From positions 1 through 64,000 of the IMG/VR virus record IMGVR_UViG_3300042896_000657: a DNA stretch of 64,000 nucleotides, one strand, 5' to 3'. This stretch comes from a virus. The notes below the pieces were generated by a model. It saw nothing but the letters and a program-made list of their open reading frames with translations, was not told the origin of the DNA and did not search any database. A program made the position numbers and the translations under genes. Positions 50,237-60,257 of the stretch are shown here, piece after piece. Every line of letters begins with the position of its first letter. Positions within the stretch are counted from its first letter, which is position 1.

Positions 50237-50536
50237 ATGTCAAGACAAGTCCCAATTTTTAGAATAACATTGGATAATACTGCTACATATCAAGATGTAG
50301 AAAAAAATCCATATATTAGGGAAATAGTAATGAATGAATTAATATGTGCTGTAAAAGATGGCCTAAAAAAGAAAAAAAGAGATATATCATTATTTATAAT
50401 AAATGATAGTGAATATATGGTTAGTTTAGATAAAAAACAATGGAAACCATCTTTAGAATCAGCTTTAACACATTATGAAAATTTAGAAGAATACCATAAA
50501 TGTTTTGAAATAAAAAATATAATAGATTCGTTATGA
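50237..50536 (+). CDS. Hypothetical protein with UVR-like C-terminal motif
   Basis: AL..YE..EEY.KC..IK. Confidence 0.55.
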   Translation: MSRQVPIFRITLDNTATYQDVEKNPYIREIVMNELICAVKDGLKKKKRDISLFIINDSEYMVSLDKKQWKPSLESALTHYENLEEYHKCFEIKNIIDSL

Positions 50537-50961
50537 AACCAACAAATAAACTACCAGAAGATGTAGAGGGTATTAAACAATCTTTAGAAAATATTCTTAA
50601 CGCAGATTTTAAAATTAAAAGAAAAAAAAGAACCGAATTAGATATTCAACGAGATTTATTTTTTAAAATAGTACTAAGTTTAGAAAAACTAAATATGCGT
50701 TCAAATGTATTGAATGTTGATTTAGATATAGATTTAAATAAATATGACGAAGTATTTTATAATACAATTGATGATTTGTTATTATTACATTTTGGAAAAA
50801 ATATTGCTGAAATAATATTCTTTTATGTTTATGATAGAATAGATCAAGATGGAAATGTTATATATTTAAATGATTCAAATGGGAATCCTGTAATTTTAGA
50901 TAATGTAAATGATTTATGGAGTTTAATTCAGAATATAAATAAAATATATAAAAATAAATAA
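50533..50961 (+). CDS. Hypothetical protein
   Basis: ORF only. Confidence 0.55.
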   Translation: MKPTNKLPEDVEGIKQSLENILNADFKIKRKKRTELDIQRDLFFKIVLSLEKLNMRSNVLNVDLDIDLNKYDEVFYNTIDDLLLLHFGKNIAEIIFFYVYDRIDQDGNVIYLNDSNGNPVILDNVNDLWSLIQNINKIYKNK

Positions 50962-50966
50962 GTTAT

Positions 50967-51557
50967 ATGCCTGCTAAAAAAGAATTATTTAAAGAAGATA
51001 TTCTTAGAGCAATACGTCACACCAAAAGTAATAGAGCTGCTGCTCGATACCTAGGATGTTCATATCAGCATTATAAACCATACGCTAAGTTATTTAATGA
51101 TGAAGAAACAGGACAAAATCTGTTTGATCTACATAAAAATCAGTGTGGTAAAGGTATTCCTAAATTTCTTCCTAATAGACGAAGAGAACCAAATGTTAAA
51201 TTAATATTTGAAGAAGGTGTAGGTTATGAATCATTTACTACAACAAAAATCAAAACCAGAGGCATTGCTGAAGGATTTTTAAGAGATGAATGTTATATAT
51301 GTGGGTGTAATGAACGTAGAGTAACAGATTATAAAACACCAACATTATTAAATTTTAAAGATGGTAGTAAATCTAATTATGTATTGGATAATTTAGAAAT
51401 ATTATGCTATAATTGTTATTTTCTATATGTTGCTGATCCTTTAACAAATGATGAAGTTCGTCATATCGAAACAAATCAAACACCTAAAGCAAAACCATTT
51501 GAATGGGATTTAGATGATGAAGCTTTGTCTAATATGAAAGCATTAGGATTATTATAA
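50967..51557 (+). CDS. HTH + degenerate HNH-like Zn-binding protein
   Basis: S..AAARYLG.SY; CYICG...NFKDG...N...NL..LCYNC. Confidence 0.65.
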   Translation: MPAKKELFKEDILRAIRHTKSNRAAARYLGCSYQHYKPYAKLFNDEETGQNLFDLHKNQCGKGIPKFLPNRRREPNVKLIFEEGVGYESFTTTKIKTRGIAEGFLRDECYICGCNERRVTDYKTPTLLNFKDGSKSNYVLDNLEILCYNCYFLYVADPLTNDEVRHIETNQTPKAKPFEWDLDDEALSNMKALGLL

Positions 51558-51578
51558 TATATCCCTTAAAAATTATTT

Positions 51579-51600
51579 AAGCTCCATTTTTGGGGCTTTT
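51579..51600 (+). terminator. Intrinsic terminator
   Basis: AAGCTCCA-TTTT-TGGGGCTT-TT. Confidence 0.7.
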
Positions 51601-51683
51601 ATTGTCTATTGATATTTATCAATAAGAAATAATATATTAGTTTTATTAATTAAGGTTGTCAAACACTAACTAATATTATTAAT

Positions 51684-52178
51684 ATGAAGTACACTGTTGC
51701 AATATTATTATTGATTACCATTATTCTGGCTGGTGCAACACCAACAAATCCCCCATCAATTTACATTTTACCTATTAAAAATAGTATTAAAGTAGGTACT
51801 CTTTCTGGAAATATTAATCTTACTTTAGGTGTTAAAAATATTTTAGAAGAAGCATTAATGGATAAAGAATATAATTTATCTAATAATCAAGAATCATCAG
51901 ATTATACTCTTCAAACTGAATTAATTTATTTTGATATTATGCAGACTAATAAAAATATATCTGTATTTCATAAAAATGAAAATGAAACAATTATAAGAAT
52001 AAAAGGAATATTATATAATAAAAATAAAAAAATAAAGGAAATTATTGTTGAAGAATCATCATCAGAGATATCTTCATCAACATTAGCTATTAGTTATGAT
52101 GGTTCGTTTAATCAACAAACAGCAAGAAATGCTGTAAAAAAAGCATGTATTAAATTAATAGAAGGGATAATTAAATGA
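51684..52178 (+). CDS. Exported protein, CsgG/LptE-like fold suspected
   Basis: Signal peptide; C-terminal FNQQT...AVKKAC matches FNQST...ATKKAL in ORF 60245. Confidence 0.5.
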   Translation: MKYTVAILLLITIILAGATPTNPPSIYILPIKNSIKVGTLSGNINLTLGVKNILEEALMDKEYNLSNNQESSDYTLQTELIYFDIMQTNKNISVFHKNENETIIRIKGILYNKNKKIKEIIVEESSSEISSSTLAISYDGSFNQQTARNAVKKACIKLIEGIIK

Positions 52179-54304
52179 AATTAAAATTATTAATAATATT
52201 ATTATTTGTAGCATTACAATCGTATAGCCAAAATCCAATTAAATTTAAATTAAGACAGTCTCCTATCATTACTAATATAAATGGAAATACTATTAGTAGG
52301 GGTGATGAATTTGAATTGTGGATTGATGCTAATGGAAATGGAAACACTTCCACTAGACAATTACTATTTGATTTACAATATGATTATGTAAATTTTGATT
52401 TAATATCTATAAATCATACAGGTACTGGAGGAAATGGTGGAGTACTACCAGCAGGATCTAATATACAACTAACTCATCAAACATATCCAGGATATAATTT
52501 TGCTAGTAATCAACAAAATACAACATCAAATGGTACTACAAATTATCAATTTGCTAATTATCAATATTCACAAAATAATACACAATCAATTATTAGAGCA
52601 ACATTAACATGGGCTACTCCAAACGGAATGCCTTATGGGGGATATGATAGATTATTAATATTAAAATTTAGATTAAAACAATCATCAACATCTTCATCAT
52701 TTAATCCTATTAAATTAAATTTTGTAGCTGGTTGGAATGCAAATGGAGGTGGTGATGCAACATTTCAAGAAAATCCACTATCATCAACAGTTTTAATAGA
52801 TCAAAATGCTAGTAAACTAGTAACTGCTAAAGTAGATATTAATTCAAATTTACTAGCATTATCTAATGTTAAAGTATCATTTAGAGATACTATATCAAAT
52901 ATAGGACAATTATTTAATGTTCTATCTGATGGTACTGTAGATATTAATCAATCATTATTATCTGAAAATAAAGTATATCAAGTAAGTGTAATGCATGAAA
53001 TGGATAAAATGTATCAAACATATAATGGTGCAATTACTATTTCAGATTTTACAACAGCACAAAGTGAATTTACTACTATGGGATTAGATGGTTCTAATGG
53101 TCAAATTTTAAAAACAGGACAATCATTATATGCTGCTGATATAAATAGAAATAAAGTAATTGATGGTGGGGATTTACCTCAGTTATTAGCTCAAGTTGTA
53201 GGTTTAGATACATTATTTGCTTTACCTAATGGATATAATATTGGACAAGGTGGGTGGATGAGTTTACCAACTTGGAGAGCAACAAATGCAACATCAATAT
53301 CTGGTCAAGTAGAATGGGCATATATAACTCCAAATATGTACTCTCAAGGAGTAAGTAGATTAATGATTGATGTTAGAGAATTTAATGGAACTAATATTAA
53401 TCCTAATCAATTAAAAAGTATTCAAATATTTGACATATATTCAGGACCTGTAGAATTTATTAGTTCAGATGGAACATGGGCTGAATATAAAATCCCATCA
53501 TCATTAATTAAAGCAACAGATGGAACATCTTTATATCTACCATTTATTAGAAATAATAGTGGAAGTACCGATTATTCATTAAAATCAGAATGGGAATTTA
53601 ATGTTTCGCCTTTATCATCTTGGAGTTCTATAAGTACATCAAATTGGAATACTATTACATATCCTAAAACATATGTTAAAACAGGATTAATGGGAAGTAA
53701 TACAGTATTAGAATTAAAATATTTGCTTTGGGGTGATGTAAATCGTTCACATTCATCACAAGTAGTAAATATAGATAATAGTGGAGGTAGTTACGTTCAA
53801 ACAAACGCTATTAATAGTTTAAATAGTAATAAAGCATTTAAATTAATGTCATTAAATCCTTCATCATTTATTAATACTCCTAACGATATTTCTTCAATAA
53901 ATGTTAATTTATCAAATTTAACAGTATTATCTAACAACATAGAAATCCCAGTAAGTATAGATACTAAAGGTAATAATGTTGGAGGATTACAATTTGAATT
54001 TACTTTTGATCCTAATAAAATCAAATTTGAAGAATTATTATCTAGTATTCCTAATACGTGGTATGTATTCGCAAATTCAAAATCTGGAAAAATTAAATTT
54101 GGAGCATTAGATCAAAGTAAAAATCCAATAAATGGAAATAATATACCCTTTAAACTTAAATTCTCTACTATAGGAAATGGAATAGACATATTAACATCAA
54201 TAAAAGTTTCATCAACAATGGATGCAAGTGACTCTGAAGGAAAACAATTAGGGATCAATTTAAACACAACTCAAATTAAGTTAACGGGATATAAAAACTT
54301 TTAA
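52175..54304 (+). CDS. Large secreted protein with cohesin-like and dockerin/EF-hand-like domains
   Basis: Signal peptide; ADINRNKVIDGGDL Ca-loop, WGDVN; C-terminal IEIPVSI..VGGLQF.F.FDP..IKF cohesin-like. Confidence 0.6.
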   Translation: MKLKLLIILLFVALQSYSQNPIKFKLRQSPIITNINGNTISRGDEFELWIDANGNGNTSTRQLLFDLQYDYVNFDLISINHTGTGGNGGVLPAGSNIQLTHQTYPGYNFASNQQNTTSNGTTNYQFANYQYSQNNTQSIIRATLTWATPNGMPYGGYDRLLILKFRLKQSSTSSSFNPIKLNFVAGWNANGGGDATFQENPLSSTVLIDQNASKLVTAKVDINSNLLALSNVKVSFRDTISNIGQLFNVLSDGTVDINQSLLSENKVYQVSVMHEMDKMYQTYNGAITISDFTTAQSEFTTMGLDGSNGQILKTGQSLYAADINRNKVIDGGDLPQLLAQVVGLDTLFALPNGYNIGQGGWMSLPTWRATNATSISGQVEWAYITPNMYSQGVSRLMIDVREFNGTNINPNQLKSIQIFDIYSGPVEFISSDGTWAEYKIPSSLIKATDGTSLYLPFIRNNSGSTDYSLKSEWEFNVSPLSSWSSISTSNWNTITYPKTYVKTGLMGSNTVLELKYLLWGDVNRSHSSQVVNIDNSGGSYVQTNAINSLNSNKAFKLMSLNPSSFINTPNDISSINVNLSNLTVLSNNIEIPVSIDTKGNNVGGLQFEFTFDPNKIKFEELLSSIPNTWYVFANSKSGKIKFGALDQSKNPINGNNIPFKLKFSTIGNGIDILTSIKVSSTMDASDSEGKQLGINLNTTQIKLTGYKNF

Positions 54305-54305
54305 A

Positions 54306-54674
54306 ATGAATAAAAAATTAATAACAATATTAATAATATTAGGGTTTGTAGTTGGATGTAAAAAATATGAAGAAACATATCCTGAAACCTTACAAATTAA
54401 TTTAGGTAAAACATCTGAATTAACTGCTATTAAATTAGTAAAGCAGGAAAATAATATTGTAACAGCTGTATTTTCAACTACACCTGGAGCAAAATATTCA
54501 ATTCAAATAATACCATTTGGTAGTGAAACACCAATATTAAAAGAAGGATTTACAGCAAATAATACTGAAGCATCTAGAATATTTGATTTATCTGATCTAC
54601 CTAAAAAAGATTATGATTTAATATTTATAGATATAAGTGGTAAAGAAGTTAAATATCCAATCATAATTAAATAA
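54306..54674 (+). CDS. Lipoprotein with T9SS C-terminal-sorting-domain-like tail
   Basis: Lipobox VVGC-KK; ends FDLSDLPKKDYDL.FID..G....PIIIK. Confidence 0.55.
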   Translation: MNKKLITILIILGFVVGCKKYEETYPETLQINLGKTSELTAIKLVKQENNIVTAVFSTTPGAKYSIQIIPFGSETPILKEGFTANNTEASRIFDLSDLPKKDYDLIFIDISGKEVKYPIIIK

Positions 54675-54681
54675 TAATAAT

Positions 54682-55005
54682 ATGTCAGAAGAACAAGAAC
54701 AAGAAGGAACATGGTCTAGTGTAAAAAAAACCGTGTTAGGTACCTTAGCTACAGTCATCACAGCAGGTGGTGCATGGTTAGGATCAACATTATTTGGTGG
54801 TGGAAACGAGGAAACAACACAACAACCAGCACAATCCGCTCCAGTAATTAATATTACAAATTCAAATCAACAACAACAATCTAATAATAGTGGTACTACT
54901 ATTATTAAGGAAAGAGTAATTGAAAAACAAGCTCCATCAACAAAAAAAGAAGTAGTTAAGAAAAAAGAAGGTGATGAGTTTAAAGAAGAAGCACCAAAAT
55001 GGTAA
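54682..55005 (+). CDS. Single-pass membrane protein
   Basis: One TM segment, Gln-rich linker, charged tail. Confidence 0.6.
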   Translation: MSEEQEQEGTWSSVKKTVLGTLATVITAGGAWLGSTLFGGGNEETTQQPAQSAPVINITNSNQQQQSNNSGTTIIKERVIEKQAPSTKKEVVKKKEGDEFKEEAPKW

Positions 55006-55036
55006 GGAATAATTAAAAACAATTAAAATTAAAATT

Positions 55037-55285
55037 ATGAAATTCTCAGACATTTTTAAAGACAGTAATGATATCAACGAAAAATCAGTAGTTGGATTTA
55101 TTGCCTTTTCAATAATGGTTATATTTGCTCTTACAGATTTAGTAACTGGATACTTTGGTAAGCATTTAGTTATTAGTGATACCATTTATAATTCATTCCA
55201 ATTATTAGTATTAGGATGTTTTGGAATTTCTGGAGTTGAAAAGATATTTGGAAGTAAGAAAAAAGAAGAAGAAGAAATAAATTAA
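55037..55285 (+). CDS. Putative holin (2 TM)
   Basis: 82 aa, two TM segments, charged C-terminus, directly upstream of endolysin. Confidence 0.55.
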   Translation: MKFSDIFKDSNDINEKSVVGFIAFSIMVIFALTDLVTGYFGKHLVISDTIYNSFQLLVLGCFGISGVEKIFGSKKKEEEEIN

Positions 55286-55289
55286 AGAC

Positions 55290-55889
55290 ATGGTATTAGA
55301 TAAATTAAAAGGACACATACCTGATTCAGTTCTATCACAAATCCCTGATACAGCAGCTAAATTTGAATTAAATACTCCATTGCGATTAGCTCATTTCCTA
55401 GCTCAAGCAGGTCATGAATCAGGAGGATTTAAAGCAGTAAATGAAAATTTAAATTATGGTGCTAAAGGATTATTAGGAATATTTAAAAAATATTTCCCTA
55501 CAGAACAAAAAGCACTATTATATGAACGCAAACCTGAAAAAATAGCCAATCTAGTATATGGTGGTAGAATGGGAAATGGACCTGAAGTATCTGGTGAAGG
55601 TTTTAAATTCCGTGGACGTGGATATATTCAATTAACAGGTAAAGATAACTATAAAGCATTTGATGCTGTAGTAACTGAAAATATTATTGAAACCCCAGAT
55701 CTAGTTGCAACTAAATATCCACTAATGTCTGCAGCATGGTTTTTCCATAAAAATGGATTACATAAGATTGCTGATGAAGGTGCTACTGATGAAGTAGTAA
55801 CTAAAGTAACAAAAAGAGTAAACGGTGGAACAATTGGATTACCTGATAGAATTAAACATTTTAAAGAATATTACAACTTATTAAAATAA
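55290..55889 (+). CDS. Glycoside hydrolase family 19 endolysin
   Basis: LAHFLAQ.GHESG, ENLNY, FRGRGYIQLTG..NY, SAAWF, TKRVNGG..GL.DR. Confidence 0.93.
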   Translation: MVLDKLKGHIPDSVLSQIPDTAAKFELNTPLRLAHFLAQAGHESGGFKAVNENLNYGAKGLLGIFKKYFPTEQKALLYERKPEKIANLVYGGRMGNGPEVSGEGFKFRGRGYIQLTGKDNYKAFDAVVTENIIETPDLVATKYPLMSAAWFFHKNGLHKIADEGATDEVVTKVTKRVNGGTIGLPDRIKHFKEYYNLLK

Positions 55890-56482
55890 TGGCAAAATAT
55901 ACTAAAGATCAAATTGAAAAAGCAATTAAAGCTAAAGGTTATGTTTGGTTTGAAGGAATTAGAAACTTTGATCTAAACATTGTAGGAGTACGTAATTCAT
56001 CAACAGGTAATGTAGTAACAAATGCATTTGATGATGTTATTACAGTATCTTTTAAAGAGGATGGTAATTGGGTATATAAAGAATGGGCTAATACAACAGA
56101 TCCAGGAACTAAAGGCGTTAAAGAATTTCACAATGCTGCTGGTGTTGCTAGATTAGTAGAAGGTCAATATAGAGGGTCTCATACTATAGGTCTACACCAG
56201 GGTAAATATGAAGCATTAAAGCAACAAAAACCTGTTAAAGTATATCGTGATGCCAATAAAGATATGACTTATGATGAATCTAAGATCCAAGAAGGAATAT
56301 TTGGTATTAATATTCATAAAGCAGGTGTTGATTCAACATATGTAGAGAATTGGTCTGAGGGATGCCAAGTATTTAAACGTGCTGCAGATTTTGAGGAATT
56401 TATGACAATATGTAGAAAATCAGCAAAAATACATGGTGCTTCATTTACTTATACATTAATTGAATCTAAAGATATAGTATAA
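55889..56482 (+). CDS. Putative peptidoglycan enzyme with YkuD/L,D-transpeptidase-like catalytic motif
   Basis: GINIH...WSEGCQV (His...SxGC). Confidence 0.55.
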   Translation: MAKYTKDQIEKAIKAKGYVWFEGIRNFDLNIVGVRNSSTGNVVTNAFDDVITVSFKEDGNWVYKEWANTTDPGTKGVKEFHNAAGVARLVEGQYRGSHTIGLHQGKYEALKQQKPVKVYRDANKDMTYDESKIQEGIFGINIHKAGVDSTYVENWSEGCQVFKRAADFEEFMTICRKSAKIHGASFTYTLIESKDIV

Positions 56483-56520
56483 TAAAAAAGTTAAAGTAAC
56501 GTAATATAAACATAATATGG

Positions 56521-56548
56521 AATCCTTACATTAATTGTAAGGATTTTC
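56521..56548 (+). terminator. Inverted repeat (terminator or operator) upstream of TBDT
   Basis: AATCCTTACA-TTAAT-TGTAAGGATT-TTC. Confidence 0.55.
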
Positions 56549-56570
56549 TATTTATATTAAAATCATATTC

Positions 56571-58829
56571 ATGAAGTTACTTTTATTATTACTGTTATGT
56601 GTTCCTATATTATCATTTTCCCAAGATACGATAACTTTTAAAGAACAAAATTTAACAGAATTTATTATTAAATCTGTCCCTAAAAAAATATCTGAAGTAT
56701 CAATTATTAATACAATTAGAAAATCATCAGTAATATCTGATGGTATATCTATTGATTTTATTAAAAAAACACCAGACAGAACTGTTGGAGATGCACTTAA
56801 AAGAGTAAGTGGTATTACAATTCAAAATGATAAATTTGTATTAGTAAGAGGATTAGCAGATAGATATAATTCTGCTATATTAAATAAAACCTTATTACCA
56901 TCAACTGAACCTGATAGGAGAGCATTTTCATTTGATATGATCCCAACAATATTAATTGATAACATTATAGTTTCTAAATCATCATCAGCAAACCAACCAG
57001 GAGACTGGAGTGGGGGATTAGTACAAATTACAACAAAAGAAGTATCCGATAATTTTTTCAATATCTCATTAGGAAGTGGTTGGGGTTCGGTTTCAACTTT
57101 AAAGAATTTTAAGTCAATTCAATCTACTGCCTTCCCTTCAACATTCCCCTCTACTTACAATTATCGTATTAGTGGAAATGGTGATAAAAGATTATTCACA
57201 AAACAATTTAATAATCTAATAGTAGAAGAATTTAAAACAATACCAAATTTAAATGGAGGATTATCATTTGGTTATGTAAATGGTAAATTTAATTCATTAT
57301 TTAGTTCATCAATTAGAAATACATTTACTTTAAATAATATTGAAAGAAAAGATTATCAATCATCAACTGAATTAGCATATGATTATAAGGATATATTATA
57401 TACAAAAAGATCTTCATCAAATGGTTTATTTAATTTAACTTATTTAGGTAAAAATACATATAGCTTAAAAACATTATTAAATTATCAAAAAGATAATACA
57501 TACATGGATAGAAATGGTAAAAATTATGATAATATCCAAGATGTTAATAGTAATTTATCTAATCATATTAATAATTTCATCATTAATTCCCAATTTGATG
57601 GTAAGATTAATACCTGGGATTTTAATGTAGGGTATAATTTAATGTTAAGAGAGCAACCTGATTATAGAGTTAATCCAATTACAAAATCATTAGGAATAAA
57701 CGAACCATATTCAACAGCATGGAGAGATACATATCGTTTTTGGAGTGTAATGGATGAAAATTCTTTTAATGGTAACATTAATAAATCATTTGGTAATATC
57801 AAGATTGGTGGTGGTTACTTAAAAAAGATTAGAGGATTTGACGCAAGAATATTCAGATATCTTTCAACTGATATGTTAGATGAAATAACAAATAATACGG
57901 ATAGATATACTGCTGATTTTGATTTGGGTAGTGGATATGTAATGTGGGATAAAGAATTAGGTTTATGGAAGTTAAATACTGGTGTAAGAACTGAATATAA
58001 TTTATTTAATGTTAATACTGCCGACTTCAGTGGGCAAAAAATAAATGTAAATAGAGAATATTTAGATATATTACCATCATTAAATCTTTCATATAATTTA
58101 GATAAAGTAAAGTATAGATTCTCATTAAGTAAAACGTTAGCAAGACCTGAGTTTAGAGAAGTAGCTAATTTTGCTTATTATGATTTTGTTCGTAACGCAC
58201 AATTATTAGGTAATCCTAACTTAGAAAAATCTGATATATATAATTTAGATTTAAAATGGGAGGTATATCCAAAAGCTGGGGAGAATATTTCAGTATCTAT
58301 ATTTGGTAAGAATTTTATAAAACCAATTGAGCAAGTAGTAGCAGATGGTTCAGTTCCATCTAATTTATTATTAACTTATTCAAATCCTGATAAAGCATAT
58401 CTTTATGGTATTGAATTAGAGTTTCGTAAAAAAATAACTAATTGGTTTGATGTTTATACAAACGCTTCGGTGATGAATTCTGAAGTAAATGTTAATGGAA
58501 TAAAAAGACAATTACAGGGACAATCAAATTATATATTAAATGGTGGTATTAATTTTAAAAAGAAAAACAATATATTTAATATATCATATAATAAAGTAGG
58601 AAGTAGAATATCAGCAGTAGGATTCCAAGGCTATCCAGATATATTTGAAAATAGTAGAGATATATTAGATGTAACTATTTTACATAAAATAAAAAATGGA
58701 GAAATTAAGTTAGCATTTGGAGATGTGTTTGGTCAATCATCAAAATACTATCAAAATTCACGAAATACAAATCTTATAAAAATAAATAACGAACAAACAA
58801 TTTCACTAACATTAAATTTAAATCTATGA
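56571..58829 (+). CDS. TonB-dependent receptor
   Basis: Signal peptide; plug D..VGDALKRVSG...VRGLADRYN...FD.IP; barrel LPSLNL, ARP.FRE, GNPNL, YG.ELE. Confidence 0.92.
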   Translation: MKLLLLLLLCVPILSFSQDTITFKEQNLTEFIIKSVPKKISEVSIINTIRKSSVISDGISIDFIKKTPDRTVGDALKRVSGITIQNDKFVLVRGLADRYNSAILNKTLLPSTEPDRRAFSFDMIPTILIDNIIVSKSSSANQPGDWSGGLVQITTKEVSDNFFNISLGSGWGSVSTLKNFKSIQSTAFPSTFPSTYNYRISGNGDKRLFTKQFNNLIVEEFKTIPNLNGGLSFGYVNGKFNSLFSSSIRNTFTLNNIERKDYQSSTELAYDYKDILYTKRSSSNGLFNLTYLGKNTYSLKTLLNYQKDNTYMDRNGKNYDNIQDVNSNLSNHINNFIINSQFDGKINTWDFNVGYNLMLREQPDYRVNPITKSLGINEPYSTAWRDTYRFWSVMDENSFNGNINKSFGNIKIGGGYLKKIRGFDARIFRYLSTDMLDEITNNTDRYTADFDLGSGYVMWDKELGLWKLNTGVRTEYNLFNVNTADFSGQKINVNREYLDILPSLNLSYNLDKVKYRFSLSKTLARPEFREVANFAYYDFVRNAQLLGNPNLEKSDIYNLDLKWEVYPKAGENISVSIFGKNFIKPIEQVVADGSVPSNLLLTYSNPDKAYLYGIELEFRKKITNWFDVYTNASVMNSEVNVNGIKRQLQGQSNYILNGGINFKKKNNIFNISYNKVGSRISAVGFQGYPDIFENSRDILDVTILHKIKNGEIKLAFGDVFGQSSKYYQNSRNTNLIKINNEQTISLTLNLNL

Positions 58830-60028
58830 AAAAATTATTAAGTATCTTTCTAATCGTAGGATTATTCAGCTGTAAAAAAGAATTAGGCAGTGATGTAACT
58901 CCTATTAATATTCCCTCATCTACCACACTTAATGGGAATATAAACATTACAACAACTTTAACATCAGATAAAGTGTGGACATTAAAAGGTTATGTATATG
59001 TAACTGATGGTGCAAAACTTATCATTCAACCAGGAACAACAATTGTTTCTGACATCGCAGAAAAAGGTGCATTGATTATTGAAAGAGGTGCACAAATAAT
59101 TGCAGAAGGAACCGCTACAAAACCTATTGTATTTACATCAGGTAAAACAGTTGGTGATAAAGCCCCTGGTGATTGGGGAGGTGTAGTAATATTAGGTAAA
59201 GCAACTACTAATAGAACTTCTGAACCAATAATAGAAGGAGGTGTTAATAGATCTTATGGTGGAACTAATGATTTAGATAATAGTGGTATTCTAAAATATG
59301 TAAGAATTGAATACGCTGGTATAGCAGCAATGCCAAACTCAGAAATAAATGCATTAACATTAGGTGGTGTTGGTTCTGGTACTACAATTGAATACATTCA
59401 AACTGTATATGCTAACGATGATGCATTTGAGTTTTTTGGTGGTACTGTAAGTGCTAAAAACTTATACGCTTTTGCAACAGCGGATGATGATTTTGATTTT
59501 GATTTTGGATATAGAGGTTCAGTATCTTATTCAATTTCAAAAAGAGATCCACAATTCGTAGATAGTGGTGATGCTGGAAATGGTGTAGAGTGTGATAATG
59601 ATGGGAGTGGTACATTAGCACAACCATTTACACATCCTAAATTAGATAATATGATTTTAGTTGGGCCATTTGATGTGGCTTCATTAGCAAATCATAATTT
59701 GGGTTTAAGATGGAGAAGAGCAACCCAATTCACAATGACTAACTCAAAAATCATCGGATATCAAAAAGGTGCATTCTCAATGGAAAGTAACGAAACTGCA
59801 CAAGCATATAAAGATGGTGTAAGTAAATTCCAAAATAATGAGATTCAGTCTTATGACCCATTATTAAACTTTAGATCAACATCAACAGTAATTACCGCTG
59901 CTAATATGAAGATAAAGGCTTTATCAGAAGGTAATAAAGAGGTATCTTATACAAAAGCTGAAATGGAAAAATTATCCAAACCAATATGGATTAATGGATG
60001 GACTAGATTTCCAAATAAAGGTAATTAA
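58826..60028 (+). CDS. TBDT-associated lipoprotein (beta-helix-like)
   Basis: Lipobox LFSC-KK; PGDWGG, DNSG.LKYVRIEYAG, NEIN.LTLGGVG, DD.FEFFGG, DDDFD.D.GY. Confidence 0.8.
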   Translation: MKKLLSIFLIVGLFSCKKELGSDVTPINIPSSTTLNGNINITTTLTSDKVWTLKGYVYVTDGAKLIIQPGTTIVSDIAEKGALIIERGAQIIAEGTATKPIVFTSGKTVGDKAPGDWGGVVILGKATTNRTSEPIIEGGVNRSYGGTNDLDNSGILKYVRIEYAGIAAMPNSEINALTLGGVGSGTTIEYIQTVYANDDAFEFFGGTVSAKNLYAFATADDDFDFDFGYRGSVSYSISKRDPQFVDSGDAGNGVECDNDGSGTLAQPFTHPKLDNMILVGPFDVASLANHNLGLRWRRATQFTMTNSKIIGYQKGAFSMESNETAQAYKDGVSKFQNNEIQSYDPLLNFRSTSTVITAANMKIKALSEGNKEVSYTKAEMEKLSKPIWINGWTRFPNKGN

Positions 60029-60065
60029 TAGTTTAATAACATATATTTATACTAAAATATAATAT

Positions 60066-60257
60066 ATGGAAAAGTTAAAACAATTCTACTTAAAAAATGA
60101 ACAAACACTACTATTTAGTAGTGTAATCATTTATCTATTTAGTTTATTATTTATACTTAATAATTCAGAATGGAAAGAAATACTATGGGTATTACAATTC
60201 GTGGGATTAGGATTTTTATTAGTTTTTAAAGGTAAACAAAAAGGATGGAAATGGTAG
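60066..60257 (+). CDS. Small 2-TM membrane protein
   Basis: Two hydrophobic segments. Confidence 0.6.
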   Translation: MEKLKQFYLKNEQTLLFSSVIIYLFSLLFILNNSEWKEILWVLQFVGLGFLLVFKGKQKGWKW

